Shown: positions 9,561-18,782 of the stretch, piece after piece | Layout of the letters: the number at the start of each line of letters is the position of its first letter | Numbering within the stretch: position 1 is the first letter of the stretch | Assembly (NCBI GenBank): GCA_965644295.1 | Contig: CBFFRP010000662.1 | Span: 1 to 19,077, forward strand | Origin: Paraphysomonas bandaiensis | Lineage: Eukaryota; Protista; Chrysophyceae | Length of the DNA stretch: 19,077 nt | Direction: 5' to 3' | Made by a program: the position numbers and the translations under genes | Notes under the pieces: generated by a model | Database searches by the model: none | The model's input: only the letters and a program-made list of their open reading frames with translations | Told to the model about the DNA's origin: nothing

Positions 9561-10037
9561 ATGGAAAATATGCATAGTTTTACTTATACTATCTCTTCTG
9601 CTAATGCTAATAGTGGAAATGCCGAAGATTGTTATATAGATTTACGACCTTTACCATATAATTATGAGTATTATAATGTACAATGCACCGGCTTTATTAT
9701 GAATTGTCAAAGCATGAACCAGACAACAATGCCTAATTATGTGCATTTAGTAGCAGATGATTTGGCTGAAAATGGTTATTATCAGGGTTTTGATTCTAAT
9801 CAGTGCGTAGTTTCTCATTTATTAACTCATTCTTCAGTGTCACAAATGACTAGCGGCGAAGGTAGCATATTTAGGGTTAAAAATATGCGACAACAAAGAA
9901 GAATAAGATTTAGGTTATATAGTCCTGATTTAACACCATTAAGTGGCGTTGTAGATGATTCCGATACTACATATTGGTGTGTATCACTGTTGTTTAGTCC
10001 AGTTATTACTGAACCTGCAACATTAGAGCTGAACTAA
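9561..10037 (+). CDS. Putative minor capsid (penton-like, single jelly-roll) protein
   Basis: 158 aa, beta-strand patterned. The C-terminal IRFRLYSPDLTPL...YWCVSLLFSPV resembles the end of PLV/Polinton minor capsid proteins. Located near the packaging ATPase. Confidence 0.65.
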   Translation: MENMHSFTYTISSANANSGNAEDCYIDLRPLPYNYEYYNVQCTGFIMNCQSMNQTTMPNYVHLVADDLAENGYYQGFDSNQCVVSHLLTHSSVSQMTSGEGSIFRVKNMRQQRRIRFRLYSPDLTPLSGVVDDSDTTYWCVSLLFSPVITEPATLELN

Positions 10038-11567
10038 ATCTATATGGGTTTTCCAAAATATAGAACCTGAGCCTACAGTTTGAAAATCGTTATATGTATG
10101 AATTTCAAAAGTCCAATTATCAGCAACATCATTTATAGTAAATATTAATGGTGCTAATGTACATCCAACACAGCTAACACTTCCCCTATTCGCGTCCCAT
10201 ATACCAGGACCATAAAGGGTTGCTCTATCCAGTGTACCATTTTGCTTTATTAATACACGTGCTCTTATATCTGTCCATGATTTAATACCCATAATTTCAA
10301 ATGAAACATGCAGCATATAACGCCCTGTATATTGAATATAACCGTTTACATCAATCATATTTGAATCACCACCTGCAGGTGTTGTACTTAGCTCTGATGA
10401 TGTCATATAATGACCGCCAGAGCTTGTTTGATAAGTGGTATTATATGACATGGATGTAAAATAAGTAACTGGGCCGTCTATTTCTTCCCAGTAACATTGC
10501 TTTTTACTGGTCAGTGTGTCTAAGTTTGTTCTATCTGATGATGTAAAGGCTGTGGTTTGTATAGTGGTGTCTGGGAATTCTATTTTTTGATAGCAATTAA
10601 AGTGATCACAACGTATTTCATCTATTGCACCACCTGATACAGCTTTTAAAATTGTGTTGGTAGGATATGACCACTCATTAGATGTACGGGTTATATCGTC
10701 TAACAATGTACTGTAATCTGTACTAAATGCTGTAGCTTGTTCTGTGTTATCTGGGAATTCTATCACGCCGTTCGTGCCTCTAATATCTAATCTACAATTG
10801 GTACCTGTTAATCTCAGTTCAGAGCCTGTACCTGATATAGTATGTAAGCCATAATTTTTATTTAATAATAGATCGCTCGTTATGGTTAAATCATCATAGC
10901 CACCAGAAAGATATGATAAGGGTGTTATAGTGTGTTGTATATTGGATATATCAATGGTATTATTATATATATCAGTCTGCATATCAGTAATATCATTGGT
11001 ATTAATCAATATATCAGTTTGTATATCAGTGATATCAGTTTGTATATCTGTAATATCATTCTGTATATTCATAATGTCAATATCATTGTTATATATAGCA
11101 TTGGCATTTACACTTATATCTGATTGCATGGCTATAATATCAGTTTGTATATCAGATATATCAGTTTGCAAGGTCGCGATATCATCAGCATTAATCAATA
11201 TATCAGCCGTGTTGTTACTTACATCAGTATATATGGCCAATATATCGCTTTCAATCGCCAGTATGTCGCTCTCTATGTCTGCTATGTCATTATCATTATT
11301 CGTTATCTGTGTTTGAATATTATCACTTACATTATTCAAATAGCTTAACTCTATGTCCGATATCTGCACGCCATCAGTATATATATAGGCCCCTGAGTTC
11401 ATGATTATGTCTGTGTCTATGGTTATGTTGTTGGTCTCTATGTTCTGTAGGTATATGTTATTGGCATTAAGGTTGTCTGCTGATAGCTCACCTGTATACA
11501 GCTCGTCTAAATCAAGGCTCTTCAGTCCGTTTATAGTGGAATACTGTACGGTATTTATTTGGTTCAT
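10023..11567 (-). CDS. Fibre/spike-like virion protein with a trimeric coiled coil
   Basis: 514 aa with the ELSYLNNVSDNIQTQI fibre-type motif, 17 heptads of DIxx(I/N)xx, two IEFPDxTxQxTAF repeats and a beta-rich C-terminal head. Confidence 0.75.
   Translation of the reverse strand: MNQINTVQYSTINGLKSLDLDELYTGELSADNLNANNIYLQNIETNNITIDTDIIMNSGAYIYTDGVQISDIELSYLNNVSDNIQTQITNNDNDIADIESDILAIESDILAIYTDVSNNTADILINADDIATLQTDISDIQTDIIAMQSDISVNANAIYNNDIDIMNIQNDITDIQTDITDIQTDILINTNDITDMQTDIYNNTIDISNIQHTITPLSYLSGGYDDLTITSDLLLNKNYGLHTISGTGSELRLTGTNCRLDIRGTNGVIEFPDNTEQATAFSTDYSTLLDDITRTSNEWSYPTNTILKAVSGGAIDEIRCDHFNCYQKIEFPDTTIQTTAFTSSDRTNLDTLTSKKQCYWEEIDGPVTYFTSMSYNTTYQTSSGGHYMTSSELSTTPAGGDSNMIDVNGYIQYTGRYMLHVSFEIMGIKSWTDIRARVLIKQNGTLDRATLYGPGIWDANRGSVSCVGCTLAPLIFTINDVADNWTFEIHTYNDFQTVGSGSIFWKTHIDLVQL
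10932..11288 (-). repeat. Degenerate 21-bp coding tandem repeat (17 heptads)
   Basis: The protein reads DIADIES DILAIES ... DITDIQT DITDIQT ... DISNIQH. ATATCAGTTTGT recurs in the DNA. Confidence 0.85.
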
Positions 11568-11634
11568 TATATATTATGGTACATATTTTTTTACTTGATA
11601 AAATAAGTACATTGTACTGCATTGTACAGATAAG

Positions 11635-11663
11635 TTATACAGTGTGATATAGACACTGTATAA
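11635..11663. other. Perfect 11-bp stem hairpin in a viral intergenic region
   Basis: TTATACAGTGT-GATATAG-ACACTGTATAA. Confidence 0.6.
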
Positions 11664-11761
11664 ATAAAAAAATAGGTTTATATTATAATAAAATTCTCAA
11701 TTCGTTCGCGGACATTTCCAAGAAAAAAAAAGCCGCGTGAACTGTACTGAGGTCGTCATAC

Positions 11762-12538
11762 TCAGTTCGAACCCCAGTAGGGCCATTTTGCACAATTTTT
11801 TTTTTGTTTTTTTAGCCATTTGATGGCCTTTGATACAGATAAACGTATAGGTGTGAAGCATAATGTTAAAGTCCAATACGTTTGCTTCGTAACACCATCT
11901 AAAGGTTTTAAGTCTTCACTATCAACCAATTTAAAATTTACCTTTCTTGTCTGTCCTGTGTTCTTGACTCTGAACCCTCTGTTTTCTTCTAGTTCTTCAT
12001 GTGTAGAACGTGTATTAACACCAGTTTCCAAACAACAAACAACACATTTATTTCCTTTTAACATATAACAGTTGGAATGGTCGCCGAAATTTTCTGATAC
12101 CAATACTATATTATACGGTATTGTTTTCTGGTCCATGCTTTCACAATTCAAATAAAATGATTTACATTGTACATTATAATAATCGCAATTTTCATAGGGC
12201 AAAGGACCTAAAATAATATTACAATCTCCCGCAGATTCGCCTTTATTATTAACTGATGAAAACACATAGGTAAAGCTTTCATTCATTGCCATTTTATACC
12301 TTGTGCGTGTTTTTTGTATTTCATCCCCCAAGTAAAACGAATGCTGAAACCGGGGATCAAATCTACGTTCATCAATCAAACCGAGTAAATCATCCGAATC
12401 TGAATTTTCACTGTCTAAATCCGCGTCTTCTTTATATATTGGTATCATGGTATGACTCGGTATATAGGATGTTTCATAATCATATTTTGATTCTGGCACT
12501 TCTGTTAATGTTGTATTGTTTATATAGATATTGTTCAT
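11762..12538 (-). CDS. Third penton-like paralogue with an acidic N-terminal extension and basic tail
   Basis: Residues ~85-232 align with the 158-aa protein (SFTYxxSSxN, DCxIxLxPLPY, YYNVQC, NCxSMxQxTxP, NxCVV, FRVKN, DLxPLxGV, TYW). Confidence 0.7.
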   Translation of the reverse strand: MNNIYINNTTLTEVPESKYDYETSYIPSHTMIPIYKEDADLDSENSDSDDLLGLIDERRFDPRFQHSFYLGDEIQKTRTRYKMAMNESFTYVFSSVNNKGESAGDCNIILGPLPYENCDYYNVQCKSFYLNCESMDQKTIPYNIVLVSENFGDHSNCYMLKGNKCVVCCLETGVNTRSTHEELEENRGFRVKNTGQTRKVNFKLVDSEDLKPLDGVTKQTYWTLTLCFTPIRLSVSKAIKWLKKQKKNCAKWPYWGSN

Positions 12539-12573
12539 TATATAATATGTGTTATATAATAATTTAAAATTAA

Positions 12574-12747
12574 TTAAAGCTTTTTCTTAATTCTTTTCTT
12601 CACAGATGTAGCCTTTTTGTTTATCTTCTTAGCTACTTCTTTACGTTTGTTCTCTGCATGCTTTGTTACGTCTTGTTTAGCTTTGTTTACTGTTGCTCTC
12701 AAAGCTTTATTAATCAGTTTGTTTACTTGTGCTTGTTTCTTTGGCAT
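12574..12747 (-). CDS. Small basic protein (57 aa), possible DNA-condensing core protein
   Basis: MPKKQAQVNK...KKRIKKKL. The ATG at 12747 has the same TATATATG context as neighbouring genes, so it is preferred over 12801. Confidence 0.6.
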   Translation of the reverse strand: MPKKQAQVNKLINKALRATVNKAKQDVTKHAENKRKEVAKKINKKATSVKKRIKKKL

Positions 12748-12891
12748 ATATAATAAGTGTATATATTTTTTTACAGGATAATAGGGAGTAAAATACGGCA
12801 TGTCTATATATAGGGTAGTTAGGTCTGTTGTTCCGTCTATCTGTTGTAATTGTTCGGTGTTTAAGTCAGGGTTGGTATATCGTTTGTTAAT

Positions 12892-13171
12892 AGGGTCGGT
12901 TGATCGTTGAGGTTAAAGGGTCGGTTGATCGCTAGGGTTAATATGTATAGTATTATTTTATTTTGATTGCATTTTTTTTGACATTTTTGTTGAAAATATT
13001 TATTTTGGAATTTATTTTTTTAGAAAAAAGTTTTTTTTTAAGAAAAATGTTGTAAAAAATGTAGTGTATACTGTTACAGAATTTGTGAAAATAAGATTTT
13101 TTTTGCATTTTTTATTGTGAAAGGTGACACTACATTTTTTATGTAAAAAAGTGTATAAAAAAATGTAATGT
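12892..13171. repeat. Non-coding direct and inverted repeats near the right end of the viral island
   Basis: AGGGTCGGTTGATCG at 12892 and 12917. Perfect 15-bp inverted pair TAAAAAATGTAGTGT (13053) / ACACTACATTTTTTA (ends 13141), plus a degenerate extra copy near 13156. Confidence 0.75.
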
Positions 13172-14573
13172 ACAATATTGGAAGCACTTGTACGTGATAC
13201 ACAGCGATACCATAGGGGTAAGGGTCAGTATAAATTAATAGTTTTCATGGTCACGGTTAACACGGCTAGGGTTGAAACCCCCCCCCCCTCTCTCTGTGTG
13301 TGTTTAAAGTATAGTATTATTAATATTATTATATAAGATAATTATTATATTTAAAGATAGAGTGGAAAGGAAGAGTAATAAAAGGAATGTTTTATTACGA
13401 TACGGAGAGCCCTTCTGGCTCAGGAAGAATGCCTAAGCGGCAAGAGCGTCCCTTGCTTCCTTCCGCCTCGCTGTGTGTCTCCTGCTTGTTGACAGCCCCT
13501 ACACTGGTCAGTGTCTTAACAAAACCCCGCCGGACGCAGAAGTGAACGAGTTCCCAGTTGCAGTGGCATCATAGCTCACGTCGGACATGATGGCCGCACC
13601 GCTTTCGTCCGTCCACGCGGTATGGCCAGTATAGCTACGACTGGGGTCTAACCCTCTTTCTCACTTGTCCTTGGCTCTAAAAGACAGACATTTCATCATA
13701 AATACATATGCTCCGACAGAAAAGAGTTACCTGAAGACCACTCCTCGACAGAAATCTGTATAAACGCATAGATAGACAAAAGTAGCTTCCTGAGGAGCAT
13801 TCTTCGAGATATATTTTGCTCTCAGCAGTGCAGGTTCACACTGCATAACTGCGCAACCTTGAACCAATTAAAACCATTATTGAGGTCAACATCAGATCCA
13901 TAACTGTCTTTCGACTGTGCTTTTGCAAATTTAGCTGCCTGGAGCTTGTCTATGGCGTCTTGTCGGTTCTCTTCTCGTATGCTTTTGAAGTCATGCAAAG
14001 AAGTCACTGAAAGAACACATATCAGACATTATTCAAAAACAAGTCGTAGGAATTGCACAGCACTCGTATATGTGAGAGTCCATCTGTATACAAACCTTTT
14101 AAGATCTTCATGATGAAAATTCAATGTAGGGATTTCGATCAATGGGGCCGGATGTGAGGGGTACTCGATGAATTGGAACGATATAGGAAACCTTGCGATA
14201 TTGAAAGAAGCAGTAAATGAAATGAAAATCTGATTGCATATTCGTGTCCAGTGGTCCATGATTGCCATAGAATGATAAGTCTCCAGTGTCGGGTCAGTTC
14301 AAGTGTTGTGTTAATAGTATTTCAATGTCACTGAAGCGAGATAAACGTATGGGCAGCCAGCATCTTATTTTTCGGGAATTAATTGAAGTAAATATTCTCT
14401 ATATTACTGCAATACAACTACGGCTGGAATACAGATAATTGTTGTTTCAATATTAGAGGCATCTTTGAACAAAAATATACAAAGGGTGCCGATACGAAAA
14501 TGAGAGTTTAGAACGACATTTTTGGACTTTTGATCAAAAAACGGTTGTTCGGACTTTTGACGCCGGCTAGCTG

Positions 14574-14747
14574 GGAGACTTTTTTCGACAAAGCGGACCA
14601 GTCTGGTCCCACTTTATTTTTTTGTATTGTGTTTTTTCGTATGGAATATGAGTGTAGAGCTTTGAAATTGTGGTCAAATTTATTTCAAGTGGGACCAAAT
14701 ACAGTCCGACAAGTGGAGGGCTGGTCCACTTTGTCAAAAATGTCTCC
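14574..14747. mobile_element. MITE-like foldback element
   Basis: 27-bp terminal inverted repeats with 3 mismatches (GGAGACTTTTTCGACAAAGCGGACCAG / CTGGTCCACTTTGTCAAAAATGTCTCC), plus an inner pair TGGTCCCACTT / AAGTGGGACCA. No clear TSD. Confidence 0.6.
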
Positions 14748-14945
14748 TGGATCTATTACTCACCAGCAACACCATACATACCTGGTCACTCATCATCACC
14801 ACTTCTATAGTTCCACACCATTTTGGTGTACGGTACCTTCCACATTTTACAGAAAAGAACATCCTCCATCTTGTGTTTGATTTCTCTTCGCAGCATCTCA
14901 TCAACAGAAGAAACAAACATCCATCTACTGAACAATGCGAGCTGA

Positions 14946-16619
14946 ATGATGAAGCTCAGAACCACCCCGCGCAGTACGCTGGCATTAGCTTGTCGACGCA
15001 ATAAGTCTTGTCGATTTCTTTCCATTGACACCAACCTCATCAAGGGGAACCTGGGTAAGTTCTCCCCGGAAGCCAGCGACGACCAGTCCGATTTCCTCGA
15101 GGGCTTGGCGAACTGTCGAGTTGAAGCCATTGGGGATGGCATCGATGTAATTCATATTGATAACAAGTTGGGAGTGCCATGGAAATGCTTGGGCCCACAG
15201 AAGTTGTTTGTAAGGGAGTTTTATCCTGACTTGTTGAGAGAAATAAGGAAAAATGACAGAAGTGTTCTCATTGGAAACCCTGGGATTGGCAAATCCTTTT
15301 TCCAGTATTATTACCTGGCTCGAATACTGAATCCGTCTTTGTTCGGGCCCCTTCCTCCTGACTGCTACGACTCCACCACCCCGCCGAAGATAGTCATCCG
15401 CCAGGTGGGCACTGCTACCATGACTATATTCGACATTGCCAATCGCCAAGCAGAGAGAGTTGTTGGTTGTCTAGATTCACTTCTAGACTGTTTTGATCCA
15501 GAAACGTCATTATATTTGATGGAACCTGGTAAAGCTGTGGTGGAACCCCATTTTGAAGGCCTTCGCATTCCCACTTTGGCCACCGTATCTCCGAATCCGG
15601 CCCGATATAAGGAATTCTGCAAGAACGGAGGAGCAGCACTGTACATGCCTGTTTTCACTCTTCCGGAGTTGCTTGCGATTGGAAAGTATTTGCTGGAGAA
15701 CGAGCATGTGCCGAAGTTGCTGCAGCCGGAGTATTCTTCTGAGCAGATCACGGAGCGCTTTCGCCGATTTGGGGGTATTTTCCGCCATGTGCTGCCGATA
15801 TCTCTCACTTACCTTCGTATGTGTCAACGTAGTCAGTCCAAGGCAATAGGTTCGTGTAATGCACATGCACTCCTGGTCTCCTTCGATGTTGAGGATGCGG
15901 ACGTCAGTCATTTCATCATGCAATATGACGTGGACAGGGATGGCAAATTCCCCTTTTACGAATATCGTTTGAACTTTGTCAACGAATCCGTCGCATCTCA
16001 AGTTCAAGATAAGCTTAACGAGTCCTCTCTGAAGGACAGGAGATCAGCGCTGATTCGAAATGACGAGACAGGATTTATGGCGGATGCATCTGCTAAGATC
16101 TATGAAAGTGTCATTGCGGATCAATTGACATCTGCTCTTGGCGTGCGATGGAGAAAACGGGAAGTGATGGCCAGCTCAGAGGGGAAAGTAAGTGAATGGT
16201 CCGATTTCTCGTTGAGGTTGAATGAAGCGGTTAAGCTGCACCCTCCTCCGTTCGAGGAAATGCGGCCACTGGTGCTCTACGTGTCTTCGAATCCGACCTT
16301 TCCATTGGCTGAATACATGTACAAGACGGAGCAGGGGGAATTGGTTATGTTTCAGGTCACCAGAAACAAGTCCCCAAAGAAGATTATCAAGGGGAGTGCT
16401 TTGAAGCAGTTATTGGACAAGATTAAACTTCCCGTCGACAAGGTATCGCTGCTGAGGTTAGTTCTCATCCCATTGCCGTCGCTGGCACAAAGCGCACGAT
16501 TCGAAGTAGCCGAGGACGACAAGAAGATCCTAATGAATGCGGCGCTGGAAAATGGTTATGAAGTCTGGCATATTCCCACAGATTATTCGAGCGATTTCGC
16601 GAATGAGAAGGAACTATAG
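14946..16619 (+). CDS. Crinkler/RHS-like protein: P-loop NTPase plus C-terminal restriction-endonuclease-like domain
   Basis: 557-aa intact ORF with LFVREFY, GNPGIGKS, SPNPARYKEF, YMPVFTLPEL, FGGIFRHV, SHFI, YE, NPTFPLAE and FQVT. This motif series is typical of CRN/RHS NTPase-REase C-termini. Confidence 0.8.
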   Translation: MMKLRTTPRSTLALACRRNKSCRFLSIDTNLIKGNLGKFSPEASDDQSDFLEGLANCRVEAIGDGIDVIHIDNKLGVPWKCLGPQKLFVREFYPDLLREIRKNDRSVLIGNPGIGKSFFQYYYLARILNPSLFGPLPPDCYDSTTPPKIVIRQVGTATMTIFDIANRQAERVVGCLDSLLDCFDPETSLYLMEPGKAVVEPHFEGLRIPTLATVSPNPARYKEFCKNGGAALYMPVFTLPELLAIGKYLLENEHVPKLLQPEYSSEQITERFRRFGGIFRHVLPISLTYLRMCQRSQSKAIGSCNAHALLVSFDVEDADVSHFIMQYDVDRDGKFPFYEYRLNFVNESVASQVQDKLNESSLKDRRSALIRNDETGFMADASAKIYESVIADQLTSALGVRWRKREVMASSEGKVSEWSDFSLRLNEAVKLHPPPFEEMRPLVLYVSSNPTFPLAEYMYKTEQGELVMFQVTRNKSPKKIIKGSALKQLLDKIKLPVDKVSLLRLVLIPLPSLAQSARFEVAEDDKKILMNAALENGYEVWHIPTDYSSDFANEKEL

Positions 16620-16918
16620 CAGTATTGGTGACTTTCAAGTCTTGTGCCATCATCATCACAGCAAGTGCACCTGCCTGCCTGCGGCTGAGGGGTCCACAGT
16701 GACCTGTATATGTGTATCTCATATCTATCATGCTAGTGACGTTGTCTACTCAATACTGTCACACGTAAGAATAGCAAGTTATATTATATGGTATACACAA
16801 CTCTTGTGAGTCAACTAATAAGCAACTTTGTACTACGCACTAGCTACTTCTCTCATGCATACATAATAGGTATTATCCGGAATCCGCCCGGACCCTTAAT
16901 ATCAAATAATCTCCCTTC

Positions 16919-17204
16919 TGTTGGAATACGTATGGTTCTCTAAGATAGTACTGTAGAATACGTTAAATACAATGTGAAAAACAGTAATACGTAGTCAATA
17001 GTCAAAGGTGCTATATAGCTATAACTGTGAAACTGAAGTATTATATCATGACGATTCAAGATACGGAAGTTGAGCAGTGGTTGACATGAACGAAATAATT
17101 TATCATGTTGTTGACATGTGTTACATGACAACACACACAATTGTGTATACAATCATAATAAAGTAATCTATCTAGTTTGACTAACTTAAACTTCTCTTAC
17201 AACG
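16919..17204 (+). mobile_element. Possible copia-like LTR
   Basis: Starts TGTTGGAA, contains TATATA and AATAAA, ends TTACAACG just upstream of a gag-like ORF. No second copy or TSD is seen. Confidence 0.35.
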
Positions 17205-17221
17205 ATCTTAATCATCTGAAA

Positions 17222-17581
17222 ATGGTCATTTGTCAATGTGGTAGCGAATGCGGAGGAGAGAAGGAGGATAGAGCTGATGTTCCATGGTTCGACGAGAGCA
17301 ACGTTGAACAATGGATCGAAGACTTTGAGACGTTCCTTATGAGAAAGGAGCAGAGTGAGGTGACTCTAGAAAGGCCACCAGAGGAAGAGGATTTCGGAAT
17401 TCAACCCCTGAATAGTCTTGAGACTAAGTCCTACAAAGAAGCGGTGGACAAGTATTGGAAGGCGAATGCAATTGCCTACTCATACTGCAGAGAGGCGGTG
17501 AAGCGATCTCCGAAGGCGCTGCAGAAGTTTCATCTGAAGCACAAAAGGAGTTCAAGGCAGCTGAAGGAAGAGTTAAGATGA
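17222..17581 (+). pseudogene. Truncated Ty1/copia-like gag N-terminal fragment
   Basis: VPWFDESNVEQWIEDFETFL...YWKANAIAYSYCREAV matches the FxxxNxxxW...L...WxxxNxxAxSxI pattern of copia gag. Confidence 0.5.
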
Positions 17582-18716
17582 ATTAAGTGTGTGATATGGA
17601 GTTTATGCAGTTCTGGTTGTTGATATTATGATAGTAGTGAATGTCTGATTATTTAGCAATAGGCGTTGAGACCTTGCATCAATTAGTGGCTAGAAGAATG
17701 CTAGTCATACTAGTTAGACCACTACCCGTAACTAATCAATACAAACTCTTTTATCCTACTATTTAACGCTACGAAAGCTGCTTGTGCGTCGCCGCAAGCA
17801 CCAAGGTGCAACCACTTCCGTTCTGATATTATGATATGACGTAACCCGGTTTGATAACCAGAATCACGGCTCGCAGTACAGGTATACCACACAAACACGC
17901 AAGTGAAAGAACAATGTATTGTTAATGTTGTGATTGCTCTAAGCAATAACCTAATGCCCAGTTAATGATTTCCGCCAGAAATCACCACGCAGGTAACACC
18001 GCCAGTGCAACAAGATCGTTGGCACCAAGCACTTCGGTTAAGCCTAAACATGTGCATAACACCATAGCATACATGTTACACCCACTCCTACTCCTCAACA
18101 ACATCACAACACCCTGCAACGTCATCACCACCCACAGAAACGTGTTTATTCTATAAACTGAATACACACAGCAACCTAAGGAGCAACGTATAACCGCATA
18201 CTAATAGTACACTACATCCTACGTTTTACTTTCTACCTAAATACCCATACAAAACAGTATACCGCCACTCTGGTGTATTTTAGCATTCAAGAACCCAAAA
18301 CCCCTAATATCCAGGTTATACGTAAATACAATCCTGCATACCACATATTGCATGCCGCAATTGATTCCCCACTGAGTCTGGTATGAACACCCGTGCACCT
18401 CGAGTATATAATATCCATTCTCCGTTGATGTGATATGTACTTGCCCCCCTATAGGGTAGTATGGGTAATGCCAGTACGTATTCCTATGGAAGTATACACT
18501 GCAACTGCTACACTGGAATACTGACCCACATAACTTTATTATAAATTTGTGGCACATTTCACATTGCGTGAAGTCACCATCAGCAGATCATAGTGTACAT
18601 CATCATCAGTAGATAAAGTGGACATCACACCTGAACGTTGATTCAGTGTGTAGGTACATCATAGCTCATTAACCCATCTTAATGAGTATAACATAGAATA
18701 TGCATCCTAGACATGG

Positions 18717-18782
18717 TATAGGGTCCTGATGATATAATGTTCTTGATATATAGGGTCCTGAACTGATATTATAGGGTCCTGA
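18717..18782. repeat. Short dispersed repeat TATAGGGTCCTGA x3
   Basis: Exact copies at 18717, 18749 and 18770, with a degenerate copy in between. Confidence 0.8.

Larger units (their letters stand above)
6800..13340. mobile_element. Endogenous viral element resembling a Polinton-like virus or virophage structural module
   Basis: Sharp AT-rich island with compact intronless genes, very short AT-rich spacers, an A32-type ATPase, penton-like paralogues and a fibre gene. Boundaries are approximate. Confidence 0.75.

Noticed and set aside
10930-11598. Plus-strand ORFs antisense to the fibre gene, and similar shadow ORFs over the capsid-like, gag and CRN genes
   Set aside because: These are shadow frames of real genes, with repetitive I/S/V/C composition.
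17722-18557. Cys-rich minus-strand ORF fragments as a transposase remnant
   Set aside because: No recognisable catalytic or zinc-finger pattern, so no call can be supported.
18717-18782. CRISPR-like array
   Set aside because: The repeats are only 13 bp with spacers of 8-19 bp, there are no cas genes, and the context is eukaryotic.
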